DNA of 32,000 bases from Alphaproteobacteria phage PhiJL001. The stretch lies in the sequence record AY576273.1; one strand, given 5' to 3'. Of this stretch, positions 8,233 through 16,188 are shown in pieces; position 1 is the stretch's first letter; every line of letters begins with the position of its first letter. A program made the translations under genes and the position numbers. The notes beneath the pieces are model-generated. The model was given only the letters and a program-made list of their open reading frames with translations, did not search any database and was not told the origin of the DNA.

Positions 8233-9082
8233 ATTCTTCGCCTTCGCAAGGGAGCGCCACCAGATCTATCGCAGGCGCTCCGAGGGGATCGAGGGTCCAT
8301 GGACAACGGACCCCATCCTGCAGGACTACAGGTTCACGAACGTCTTCCGAGAGCTGGACAAGACCACCGTCTGGTTCCGGGAGAACGTTCGCGAGCCACT
8401 TCGTGACGACCGCCGCGTGCTGATCGCCACGATCGCCTTCCGCTGGTTCAATCGGATAGAGACCGGAGAGATCCTGGCGGGACAGCCCCGGCCCGAGGTT
8501 CCGGCAGGCCTGAACAACCTCTTCCTCGAGTGGAACAGCGAGTATGCTCGCAACCGACTGGCGCAGTCCCGTGACCCGTGGGTCACTGGCGCGTACATCA
8601 TCAAGACACCGAACGGCATGAACAAGCTCGACGGAGTCCTGTGGTGCGTGGATCAGTGCGCGGCAGACATAGACCGCCTCTACCGGGAGATGTCGGCGAC
8701 GTCACTCCAGTCAGCCTGGAAGTCCTTGAAGGAGATGCCATACATGGGTCCGTTCATGGCGTACGAGGTCGTCACGGACCTGCGACACACCCACATGCTC
8801 GAGAACGCCGACGACATCGACCTGTGGGCCAATCCTGGACCAGGCGCTCGCCGGGGCCTCTCCCGCCTCCTTGGGCTCGACAAGGACACCTTCAAGAGCG
8901 AGGACCCGGACAGGTGCAACATCCTCATGCGGAAGATCCTCGGGCGGTCTCGTGACCCCAAGAACTGGCCACCCTTCTGGGGCCGGTGGTCCATGAGAGA
9001 GGTCGAGCACACTCTCTGCGAGTGGGACAAGTACGACCGCGTCAAGCAGGGCGAGGGAAAGCCCAAGCAGAGGTTCCCGTGA
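8216..9082 (+). CDS. HMUDK_hel / aGPT-PPlase / amino acid:DNA transferase-like helical protein (thymine hypermodification-associated)
   Basis: FARERHQIYRRRSEGIEGPWTTDPILQDYRFTNVFRELDKTTVWFREN, SLKEMPYMGPFMAYEVVTDLRHT, MREVEHTLCEWDKYDRV; no P-loop in the ORF. Start adjusted to ATG 8216. Confidence 0.7.
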   Translation: MKRLSEFFAFARERHQIYRRRSEGIEGPWTTDPILQDYRFTNVFRELDKTTVWFRENVREPLRDDRRVLIATIAFRWFNRIETGEILAGQPRPEVPAGLNNLFLEWNSEYARNRLAQSRDPWVTGAYIIKTPNGMNKLDGVLWCVDQCAADIDRLYREMSATSLQSAWKSLKEMPYMGPFMAYEVVTDLRHTHMLENADDIDLWANPGPGARRGLSRLLGLDKDTFKSEDPDRCNILMRKILGRSRDPKNWPPFWGRWSMREVEHTLCEWDKYDRVKQGEGKPKQRFP

Positions 9083-9435
9083 GCCAGCTCTGGGAGATCC
9101 TGGTCCCGTGCAACTGGAACGATGGCAGGCCGGTTCGCACCCGGCACCACCGGGAGTGGGACAGGCGCGTCCGGTCCGAGACGGGCGGGCTGACAGTCCT
9201 GGCTCCCGGAAAGGGACAGTGGGAGCACGAAGGTGTCCTCTACCGAGACCGGGTCATACCGGTCAGGATCATGGCCACCGAGGAGCAGATGCGCCGCGTG
9301 GCAGACATCACCATTCAACACTACGAGCAGCTCGCAGTCATGTTCTACCTGGTCTCCGAGCGCGCGTTCATACAGGACGCCACCGAGGAGCAGCAGTCGA
9401 AGTTTATTAGAGGGTTTACTTCTGAGCCAGCCTGA
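9079..9435 (+). CDS. hypothetical protein
   Basis: 118 aa from GTG, 4-nt GTGA overlap with upstream gene; 3' end contains promoter P3. Confidence 0.7.
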   Translation: MSQLWEILVPCNWNDGRPVRTRHHREWDRRVRSETGGLTVLAPGKGQWEHEGVLYRDRVIPVRIMATEEQMRRVADITIQHYEQLAVMFYLVSERAFIQDATEEQQSKFIRGFTSEPA

Positions 9436-9443
9436 CGTAGTAT
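9415..9443 (+). promoter_or_regulatory. promoter P3, TTTACT-17-TAGTAT
   Basis: GGGTTTACTTCTGAG box and 17-nt spacer. Confidence 0.6.
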
Positions 9444-9465
9444 GCGACTAGAAAGGGAGTCCATC

Positions 9466-9567
9466 ATGCTCGAAATACTTGTCAAGTCTGTGATATTCTG
9501 CGGGTGTGTGCTCGCGATGTTCTTGGTCGGCACAGTAGTCGTCATGATTGGACTCCCACTCGTCTAG
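9466..9567 (+). CDS. 33-aa single-TM hydrophobic peptide
   Basis: MLEILVKSVIFCGCVLAMFLVGTVVVMIGLPLV, RBS AAAGGGAG, directly downstream of P3; below the ORF track size cut-off. Confidence 0.55.
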   Translation: MLEILVKSVIFCGCVLAMFLVGTVVVMIGLPLV

Positions 9568-9581
9568 AAATGGAGTAAAGC

Positions 9582-10400
9582 ATGAAAGTTTTCATTCCGT
9601 CACTCGGCCGCGCTGACATGCTCATGGAGCGCGGCACTGTGGCAAACCTCCCCCAGCGCGAGCGGATTCAACACACCTACCTCGTCTGTCAGCACCACGA
9701 GCGCAAGGCGTACGAAAAGGTCTGCGACAAGTGGGGCACCAACCTGATGGTGCTCGACAAGAAGATCAAGCGCATCGTCCCCACTCGGCACATGATCGGT
9801 CAGGTCTGTGAGAAGGAGGGCTTCGACAAGTTCATGATGCTCGACGACGACCTCGAGTTCTACATTCGCCAGCGCCAGTGGGAGCAGACGGACGACTGGT
9901 GGAAGCTCACCGTTCCGAGCGGGGCCGAGCTCAGCAAGCTGTTCCATCTCATGAGCGACGACCTTGACACGGTCGAGCACGTCGGCATATCGGGCCGCGA
10001 GGGGAACAATCGCGTCCGAGAGGCCTGGGTCTACAACACCCGGTACATGCGTGCCCTGGGCTACCAGACGGACGCCTACCTGGCCTGCGAACACAACCGG
10101 GTCCAGGTGATGGAGGACTTTGACATCGCACTTCAGATGCTCAAGCAGGGCTGGCAGTGCAAGGTCTGGTACGAGTATGCCCAGGGACAGACAAAGACAC
10201 AGGCGGCCGGAGGGTGCTCCGTCTGGCGCACTCACAAGGTCCACAACGCCGGGGCAGAGCGCCTCGCCAAGCTGCATCCCGGCTTTGTTCGGGTCCGTGA
10301 GAAGCAGAACAAGACGGACCGCGAGGGCTTTGGCACTCGGAAGGAGGTCACTGTCCTGTGGAAGAAGGCGTACGAGAGTTCGCAAGAAAAGGAGAAGTGA
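9582..10400 (+). CDS. GT-A fold glycosyltransferase, TET-associated glycosyltransferase (TAGT)-like
   Basis: KVFIPSLGRAD..., VPTRHMIGQVCEKEGFDKFMMLDDDLEFYIR (DxD-type metal site), VMEDFDIALQMLKQGW; RBS leader AGAAATGGAG. Confidence 0.75.
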   Translation: MKVFIPSLGRADMLMERGTVANLPQRERIQHTYLVCQHHERKAYEKVCDKWGTNLMVLDKKIKRIVPTRHMIGQVCEKEGFDKFMMLDDDLEFYIRQRQWEQTDDWWKLTVPSGAELSKLFHLMSDDLDTVEHVGISGREGNNRVREAWVYNTRYMRALGYQTDAYLACEHNRVQVMEDFDIALQMLKQGWQCKVWYEYAQGQTKTQAAGGCSVWRTHKVHNAGAERLAKLHPGFVRVREKQNKTDREGFGTRKEVTVLWKKAYESSQEKEK

Positions 10401-10416
10401 ATTGCCCGCGATACGA

Positions 10417-11016
10417 ATGAACAACAGCCAGCGCGACAAGCTGGTCAGATTGATCCTGTCGGAGACCTTCTCCGAGGAGGAGTGCGTCCTCTGGGACGAG
10501 TGTGCCGCCATTGGCTCGGCGGTCTATGACGACCTCTACACCGTCCGCGAGCGGGACCTGATGGCAGACCTGCCAGATGGCTGGCTGCCGACGGTCGGGA
10601 ACCTCGAGGTCCGGTTCGCCACGGACCACACGAGGATTGACTTCAATGGAGACATGTATGGCTATGGTGACGAGAGGACCAAGTTCTTCACTCGTGACTC
10701 CGTCTTCAGGGCAGTCTCATCCAGGCACAAGGGATCCTGCGTCAAAGTCTATGACGCGAATCACGAGCTCTGTGTCCGATGGCGAGAGTTCGAAAGCGCC
10801 AAGAAGGCGTACCTGGGGAGAGTGGCTGAGCTGCGGACAGAGACCAAGGCTGTGATCTACTCCTGCACGACCACAAACTCCCTCGTTTCGAAGTGGCCGG
10901 AGGTGGCGCCATTTGTCAAGGCGCTCAACATCCCGGCTCCCGTTGACAAACTGCCGGCCACGAGGATTGACAACCTCAGTGTGCGCCTTGGCCTGAAAGA
11001 GGAGAGAGCCGCGTGA
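10417..11016 (+). CDS. Nmad5-like (nucleotide modification associated domain 5) protein
   Basis: About 199 aa; LPDGWLPTVGNLEVRF, VIYSCTTTNSLVSKWPEVAPFV, IDNLSVRLGL resemble the remembered Nmad5 pattern. The track extends the ORF upstream to 10120 across the glycosyltransferase; ATG 10417 is preferred. Confidence 0.5.
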   Translation: MNNSQRDKLVRLILSETFSEEECVLWDECAAIGSAVYDDLYTVRERDLMADLPDGWLPTVGNLEVRFATDHTRIDFNGDMYGYGDERTKFFTRDSVFRAVSSRHKGSCVKVYDANHELCVRWREFESAKKAYLGRVAELRTETKAVIYSCTTTNSLVSKWPEVAPFVKALNIPAPVDKLPATRIDNLSVRLGLKEERAA

Positions 11017-12065
11017 AAGTGATACGCGCTCGAAACGTGAACGACGCCCTGCCCCGAGGTCTCGCGTACCTCCGGGAGTCAGGGCTGACTCGCGAGACCC
11101 GGAACGGAGGGGCGGTCGTCGCTCCGGAGCCGGTGACCACGGTGTACGAGCAGCCACGGGAGAGGGTCCTCTTCTCCAAGCTGCGCGACGCCAATCCCTT
11201 CTTCCACCTGTTCGAGGCGCTCTGGATGCTGGCCGGTCGACACGACCTCGCCTTCGTCGAGAAGTTCGCCAAGAACATGCGGTCCTTCTCCGACGACGGA
11301 GAGACCATGTGGGGAGCCTACGGCTGGCGCTGGCGGACGTTCTTCGACTTCGACCAGCTCTCCTGGGCAGTCCACCGTCTCCGTCGCCTGCCGAACGACC
11401 GTCGCGTCGTCGTGCAGATGTGGGCCGCTGGCCTCGACCAGGAGCGGGCTGACGCGGGCGGCAAGGACGTCCCCTGCAACATCGCCATCCACTTCCGGAT
11501 CAACGACCGTGGCCAGCTGGACATGACCGTCTGGAACCGGTCCAACGACATCATCTGGGGAGCGTACGGTGCCAACGTCGTGCACATGTCCATCCTCCAG
11601 GAGTACGTGGCCAGCGCGGTCGGCGTCGAGGTCGGTCGGTACTGGCAGGTGTCGGACGACTATCACGCGTATAGCGACCTCTTCAACAAGATGCTGCCGC
11701 TGATGTCCGCGTCCGGGGTCGCGCCAGACGACATGTACCTGGCCGGTGTGTCAGAGCCCACTCCGCTCATGGAGCAGCCAGAGAGCTGGCAGACCTGGGA
11801 CCAGGACCTGGTCATGTTCCTGGACGAGCCGGGTGCCGTGGGCTTCCGCAACGCCTTCTTCCGGAAGGTCTGCGTGCCGATGATGATGGCGCACAAGGCA
11901 TACTCACAGGGCAGGGGCGAGGCCCGATACGCCGACGCGGTCGAGATCCTCTCCCAGATGCCTCCCTACAACGACTGGCGCATCGCGTGCATGAACTGGA
12001 TTCAGACGCGCTGGGACAAATACAAGAAGGCGAGAGACGATGGCCCCAACCACGACGAGGTCTGA
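11013..12065 (+). CDS. thymidylate synthase / dUMP hydroxymethylase superfamily protein
   Basis: EALWMLAG, YGWRWRTFFDFDQLSW, NDRRVVVQMWAAG, DVPCNIAIHFRI (catalytic Cys region), WNRSNDIIWGAYGANVVHMSILQEYVA, DDYHAYSDLFNKM. GTG start. Confidence 0.82.
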   Translation: MKVIRARNVNDALPRGLAYLRESGLTRETRNGGAVVAPEPVTTVYEQPRERVLFSKLRDANPFFHLFEALWMLAGRHDLAFVEKFAKNMRSFSDDGETMWGAYGWRWRTFFDFDQLSWAVHRLRRLPNDRRVVVQMWAAGLDQERADAGGKDVPCNIAIHFRINDRGQLDMTVWNRSNDIIWGAYGANVVHMSILQEYVASAVGVEVGRYWQVSDDYHAYSDLFNKMLPLMSASGVAPDDMYLAGVSEPTPLMEQPESWQTWDQDLVMFLDEPGAVGFRNAFFRKVCVPMMMAHKAYSQGRGEARYADAVEILSQMPPYNDWRIACMNWIQTRWDKYKKARDDGPNHDEV

Positions 12066-12633
12066 GCGTCTCAAGGCGCTGAGGGAGGGCGGCTGGGTCG
12101 ACCGCTGCCACACCCTCCTCAAGACGCGGCGCTACGACGTCGCACAGCACTCCTGGAACATGCTCAACCTCGCGCTGGTCCTGTTTCCGCAGCACTGCCA
12201 CCCGGACCTGATCAAGGCCATCCAGTGGCACGACGTGCCGGAGCGCTGGGTCGGCGACAGCCCCTGGCCCGCGAAGCACCCGCTCTCCGGCTCGGAGCTC
12301 GCCATTCTCTTGGGCTCCATGGAGCATCGGATAGAGGCCGCGCTGTACATCTCGCCGAACCTCGAGCCGATCGAGCTCGACGTGCTGAAGATCTGCGACA
12401 TGCTGGAGTTCGCGCTCTGGTGCCAGGAAGAGTGGCTCCTGGGCAACACGCACATCGAGCACCACTTCCGCACCGCCATGGACGTCTGTCGCACGATGAA
12501 GCTGTGGCCGGAGATATCCGATGTCATCGAGGAGCTGCTCAAAGAGCCGATCTCGGAGGCTCGTCCCTGGACCCAGAAGGAATGCATTGGTCCAGGTGGC
12601 CGTGTTGATGAAGAAGAGGAGTTCCCGTTTTGA
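12040..12633 (+). CDS. HD-domain nucleotidase/phosphohydrolase (YfbR/HDDC2-like) with SSB-type C-terminal tail
   Basis: YDVAQHSWNMLNLALVLFP, IKAIQWHDVPERWVGDSPWPAK, LKICDMLEFA; ends GGRVDEEEEFPF. Confidence 0.78.
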   Translation: MAPTTTRSERLKALREGGWVDRCHTLLKTRRYDVAQHSWNMLNLALVLFPQHCHPDLIKAIQWHDVPERWVGDSPWPAKHPLSGSELAILLGSMEHRIEAALYISPNLEPIELDVLKICDMLEFALWCQEEWLLGNTHIEHHFRTAMDVCRTMKLWPEISDVIEELLKEPISEARPWTQKECIGPGGRVDEEEEFPF

Positions 12634-13058
12634 GCGAGGCGAACAAGAAGCAGGTGGCGGGAAGCCACTACAGGAAGGGAGGTCAGTTCCAGCACTGGGA
12701 CCTGATCACCCACAAGTACGGCAGGGGATACCTGATTGGATGCGCCACCAAGTATCTCACCCGGTGGCGCGAGAAGAACGTGTACACGGGTTTCCAGCGC
12801 TTCTGGTGCTTCCTCGTTGGAGTGCGCCTCCCAACTCCCGAGGACGACCTCCGCAAGGCCCAGCACTACGCGGAGAAGCTGGCAGAGTTCAGCAAGAACC
12901 CACCCGCCGTCTTTGACTACCAGACTTGGCTCCGTGCCAACGGCATCAACGCGGACGACGAGTTCGCCATTCGCAAGCTGCTCGAGGCGGAGTCCTCGAT
13001 CCAGTACAAGCGAGCGGCCGAGGTCATCGAGCAGCTGGCATTCCAGGTGAAGAAATGA
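12630..13058 (+). CDS. DUF3310-like protein
   Basis: VAGSHYRKGGQFQHWDLITHKYGRGYLIGCATKYLTRWREK ... DDLRKAQHYAEKLAEF. Confidence 0.75.
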   Translation: MSEANKKQVAGSHYRKGGQFQHWDLITHKYGRGYLIGCATKYLTRWREKNVYTGFQRFWCFLVGVRLPTPEDDLRKAQHYAEKLAEFSKNPPAVFDYQTWLRANGINADDEFAIRKLLEAESSIQYKRAAEVIEQLAFQVKK

Positions 13059-13306
13059 ACATGATCGACAAGCAGCGACGCATTCAGGACCTGTCCAAGG
13101 AGGTCACCAAGGTCCTCGCCGGACAGGACCTGGAGATCGCCATGACGGTGATGGTCGGCATGGTGGGCCAGCTGGTCTGCCACCTCCGCGAGGGCAACCT
13201 GGCGGAGATCGAGAAGGAGTCGCAGGCGGTCGCCATCAACGTCCGCCGCGCGGCCATTGCCAAGGCCATCCACGACGCCGACCAGAAGCGAGGGAACAAG
13301 CCCTGA
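13055..13306 (+). CDS. hypothetical protein
   Basis: 83 aa from ATG 13055 (MNMIDKQRRIQDLSKEVTKV), overlaps both neighbours by 1-4 nt. Confidence 0.7.
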   Translation: MNMIDKQRRIQDLSKEVTKVLAGQDLEIAMTVMVGMVGQLVCHLREGNLAEIEKESQAVAINVRRAAIAKAIHDADQKRGNKP

Positions 13307-15201
13307 TGCAGCTGCCAATGTTCGCACCGGAGTCCAGCTGGCAGCCGCCAGACATGTCCACCCTCCCCTCCTGGAAGGGAGCGCGGAGGGTGGCCTTCGA
13401 TCTCGAGACCTACGATCCCCACTTGAAGGACACAGGTCCCTCCGTGCGGACGGGCGGTCACATCGCTGGCTATGGCTTTGCCATCGACGGCGGGCCGAAG
13501 CACTACCTCCCGGTGCGACATGAGAACGGCGACAACCTGGACGCGGCCCAGGTGCTCCGCTACATCAAGGACCAGTTCAAGACGTTCGACGGGGAGCTGG
13601 TCGGAGCCAACCTCGGCTACGACCTGGACTGGGCCTGGGCCGAGGGCATCGACATGCCGCTTGTCAAGGCGTATCGCGACGTGCTCATCGCGGAGCCCTG
13701 CATCAACGAGAACAAGTTCTTCTACTCGCTCGACTCCGTCGCCGGGGACTGGCTCGGAGAGCAGAAGTCCAAGACCCTCATGATCGAGGCGGCCCGCGCC
13801 TATGGCATGCGGAAGGACAGCGAGCTCGGCTCGTACATCCACCTCCTTCCCGCCCGCTATGTGGGCGTCTACGGCGAGGACGACTGCGCCCTGCCCCTGA
13901 GGATCCTGGAGCTCCAGGAGAAGGAGATCGAGCAACAGGGCATCCAGGCCGTGTGGGACCTGGAGTCAAAGGTGCTTCCGGTGCTGGTGAGGATGCGACA
14001 GCGCGGCGTCAAGGTCGACGAGGACCGGCTCATGGAGGTCGAGATCCGAGCGACGAAGGAGCGTCGGGACGCGTCCGACCTGATAACTCGCGTGACCGGT
14101 GTGGCGGTGGGACCCGAGGACGCCATGAAGAAGGGCATCCTGGTGGACGCCCTCCGCGCGGCCGGACACCAGCTGAACGCCGATGACGCTGTGGACAAGC
14201 ACTTCATCGCGAGGCACGAGGGCCACTGCGAGGTGACCGCCGCCCTGGGCCGCCTCCGCAAGTGGGACACCCTCCGCAAGCTGGCGATCGACCCGGTCAA
14301 GAACCACATGGTCAACGGTCGGATCCACTGCTCCTTCAACCAGATGGCGGCGGACAAGGACAACGGCAAGGGCACCAAGGGAGCCCGCTACGGGAGGCTG
14401 TCGTGCGAGCACGTGAACATGCAGCAGCAGCCGTCCCGCGACGAGGACATCGCCCCGATCTGGCGGCGCATCTACCGGCCGGACGACGGTGGCCTCTGGG
14501 CGGCCCTCGACTACTCCCAGCAGGAGCCGAGGATGCTCGTGCACTTCGCCGAGATATGCGGCATGCCCGGCGCGTCCGAGGCGGCGCAGAAGTACCGAGA
14601 CGACCCGGACACGGACAACCACCAGATGATGGCGGACATGGCCGGGATCTCCAGGAAGGAGGCCAAGATCATCTTCCTTGGGCTCTGCTACGGGATGGGA
14701 CAGGAGAAGCTCTGCCACGACCTCCAGCTGCCCACCAAGATCATCGAGCTCAAGAAGGGCCCAAGAAAGGGACAGAAGATGGTGGTCGCGGGCGACGAGG
14801 GCGCGCGGCTGTTTGAGACATTCCATGCCAAGGTCCCGTTCGTCAAGCAGATGGAGAACCTCTGCAAGGACCGGGCCACCGAGCGCGGGTTCATCACCAC
14901 GCTGCTCGGCCGTCGCTGCCGCTTCAAGATGGGAGACGACGGACTGAACTACTGGGGCACCCACAAGGCACTGAACCGGCTCATCCAGGGGTCCTCTGCT
15001 GACCAGACAAAGGCGGCCATGGTCGCGGCGGACGAGGCGGGCTACGAGCTTCAGCTGCAGGTGCACGACGAGATCGACCTCACAGTCGAGTCAAGAGAGC
15101 AGGCCGAGAAGATCGCCGAGATCATGCGGACCTGCGTGGAGATCAATGTCCCCTCCAAAGTGGACGTGGAGGTGGGTGTCTCATGGGGAGAAGCAGCATG
15201 A
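13306..15201 (+). CDS. polA: family A DNA polymerase with 3'-5' exonuclease domain
   Basis: Exo VAFDLETYD; motif A LWAALDYSQQEPRMLVHFAE; motif B SRKEAKIIFLGLCYGMG; LIQGSSADQTKAAM; motif C LQVHDEIDL. Confidence 0.95.
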   Translation: MQLPMFAPESSWQPPDMSTLPSWKGARRVAFDLETYDPHLKDTGPSVRTGGHIAGYGFAIDGGPKHYLPVRHENGDNLDAAQVLRYIKDQFKTFDGELVGANLGYDLDWAWAEGIDMPLVKAYRDVLIAEPCINENKFFYSLDSVAGDWLGEQKSKTLMIEAARAYGMRKDSELGSYIHLLPARYVGVYGEDDCALPLRILELQEKEIEQQGIQAVWDLESKVLPVLVRMRQRGVKVDEDRLMEVEIRATKERRDASDLITRVTGVAVGPEDAMKKGILVDALRAAGHQLNADDAVDKHFIARHEGHCEVTAALGRLRKWDTLRKLAIDPVKNHMVNGRIHCSFNQMAADKDNGKGTKGARYGRLSCEHVNMQQQPSRDEDIAPIWRRIYRPDDGGLWAALDYSQQEPRMLVHFAEICGMPGASEAAQKYRDDPDTDNHQMMADMAGISRKEAKIIFLGLCYGMGQEKLCHDLQLPTKIIELKKGPRKGQKMVVAGDEGARLFETFHAKVPFVKQMENLCKDRATERGFITTLLGRRCRFKMGDDGLNYWGTHKALNRLIQGSSADQTKAAMVAADEAGYELQLQVHDEIDLTVESREQAEKIAEIMRTCVEINVPSKVDVEVGVSWGEAA

Positions 15202-15437
15202 GTGTAGACAGATTCAAAGACTGGCTCCGAGAGGCGGAGCCCGGTGACCAGATAATGTACATGCAGGCGGACTACGCAGGGCGGAGGCCGGAGGTGGCAC
15301 GGTTCTTCATGGACGCGGCGGAGGAGGGCAAGGTGTTCCTCTTCCAGAAGAAGGTTCGCGAGGGCGTGTACAACTACTTTGCCAGGCGGGTGAAGCCGAG
15401 TACTGGCAAGGCTCTCAAGCCATGGAGAGAGGACTGA
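15198..15437 (+). CDS. conserved-looking small phage protein
   Basis: MSVDRFKDWLREAEPGDQIMYMQADYAG...; start corrected from 15183 to ATG 15198. Confidence 0.7.
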   Translation: MSVDRFKDWLREAEPGDQIMYMQADYAGRRPEVARFFMDAAEEGKVFLFQKKVREGVYNYFARRVKPSTGKALKPWRED

Positions 15438-15453
15438 AGAAAAGGAGAAGCAG

Positions 15454-16188
15454 ATGGCTACAGTGACTCACACAGGCGACGACCTCGCCACGTGCAACGG
15501 ATACAGGATCGGGGACTGCGTGTGCCTCGCGGACGGGGAGATGGTGGAGATCACCGGCTTCTGGATGTCCGACGTGACCCACGAGTGGAAGTTCCTCTAC
15601 CAGGACGGCCTCCAGCAGAAGGCCAAGGACTTCGGCGAGATCGACACCGACACGGTCTGTCCTCCGAGGGTTCTGCAGGACCCGCCGGACCCGGACCAGC
15701 CACCGCTGCCCGACGCGGTGCGGAAGGCGCTGGACAACCGGGCCAACGTGCACATTCGCGCTGCTAAGTGGGACCGTGACTACCTCAAGCTCGCCGAGTT
15801 CTGGGCGAACCTGAAGTCCAAGGACCCCAGCACGAAGGTGGGAGCCGTCGTCGTCTCCGAGGACAACCGCGTGGTTGGCATGGGATACAACGGCTTCCCC
15901 GTCGGCGTGGAGGACTCCAGGGAGCGCCTGGAGGACCGTCCCACGAAGTACATGTACGTGGTCCACGCGGAGCCGAACGCCATCCTCACAGCAGGACTGC
16001 AGGCGAAGGGTGGCACGCTCTACTGCACACTGTTCCCCTGCAACGAGTGCGCCAAGCTGATCATCCAGTCTGGCATCCGCCGCGTGGTCTCCTGGGCCTC
16101 CGACAACCAGCGCTGGGACGAGGCGCACCAGGTCTCCCGGATCATGTTCGACGAGGCCGGTGTCGCGAACGAGTTGATCGTGCCGTGA
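15454..16188 (+). CDS. dCMP deaminase with ~95-aa N-terminal extension
   Basis: SKDPSTKVGAVVV, GMGYNGFPVGV, VVHAEPNAIL (HAE), CTLFPCNECAKLIIQSGI (PCxxC). Confidence 0.9.
   Translation: MATVTHTGDDLATCNGYRIGDCVCLADGEMVEITGFWMSDVTHEWKFLYQDGLQQKAKDFGEIDTDTVCPPRVLQDPPDPDQPPLPDAVRKALDNRANVHIRAAKWDRDYLKLAEFWANLKSKDPSTKVGAVVVSEDNRVVGMGYNGFPVGVEDSRERLEDRPTKYMYVVHAEPNAILTAGLQAKGGTLYCTLFPCNECAKLIIQSGIRRVVSWASDNQRWDEAHQVSRIMFDEAGVANELIVP

Noticed and set aside
10120-10416. Upstream part of the 298-aa ORF track entry
   Set aside because: This segment overlaps the glycosyltransferase and is Arg/Ser-rich frame shadow; the supported protein starts at ATG 10417.
6874-13306. Firm assignment as a 2-aminoadenine (Z) genome
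   Set aside because: No PurZ-like protein is present in the window; the hydrolase and polymerase families also occur in phages with ordinary or pyrimidine-modified DNA. Kept only as a test.
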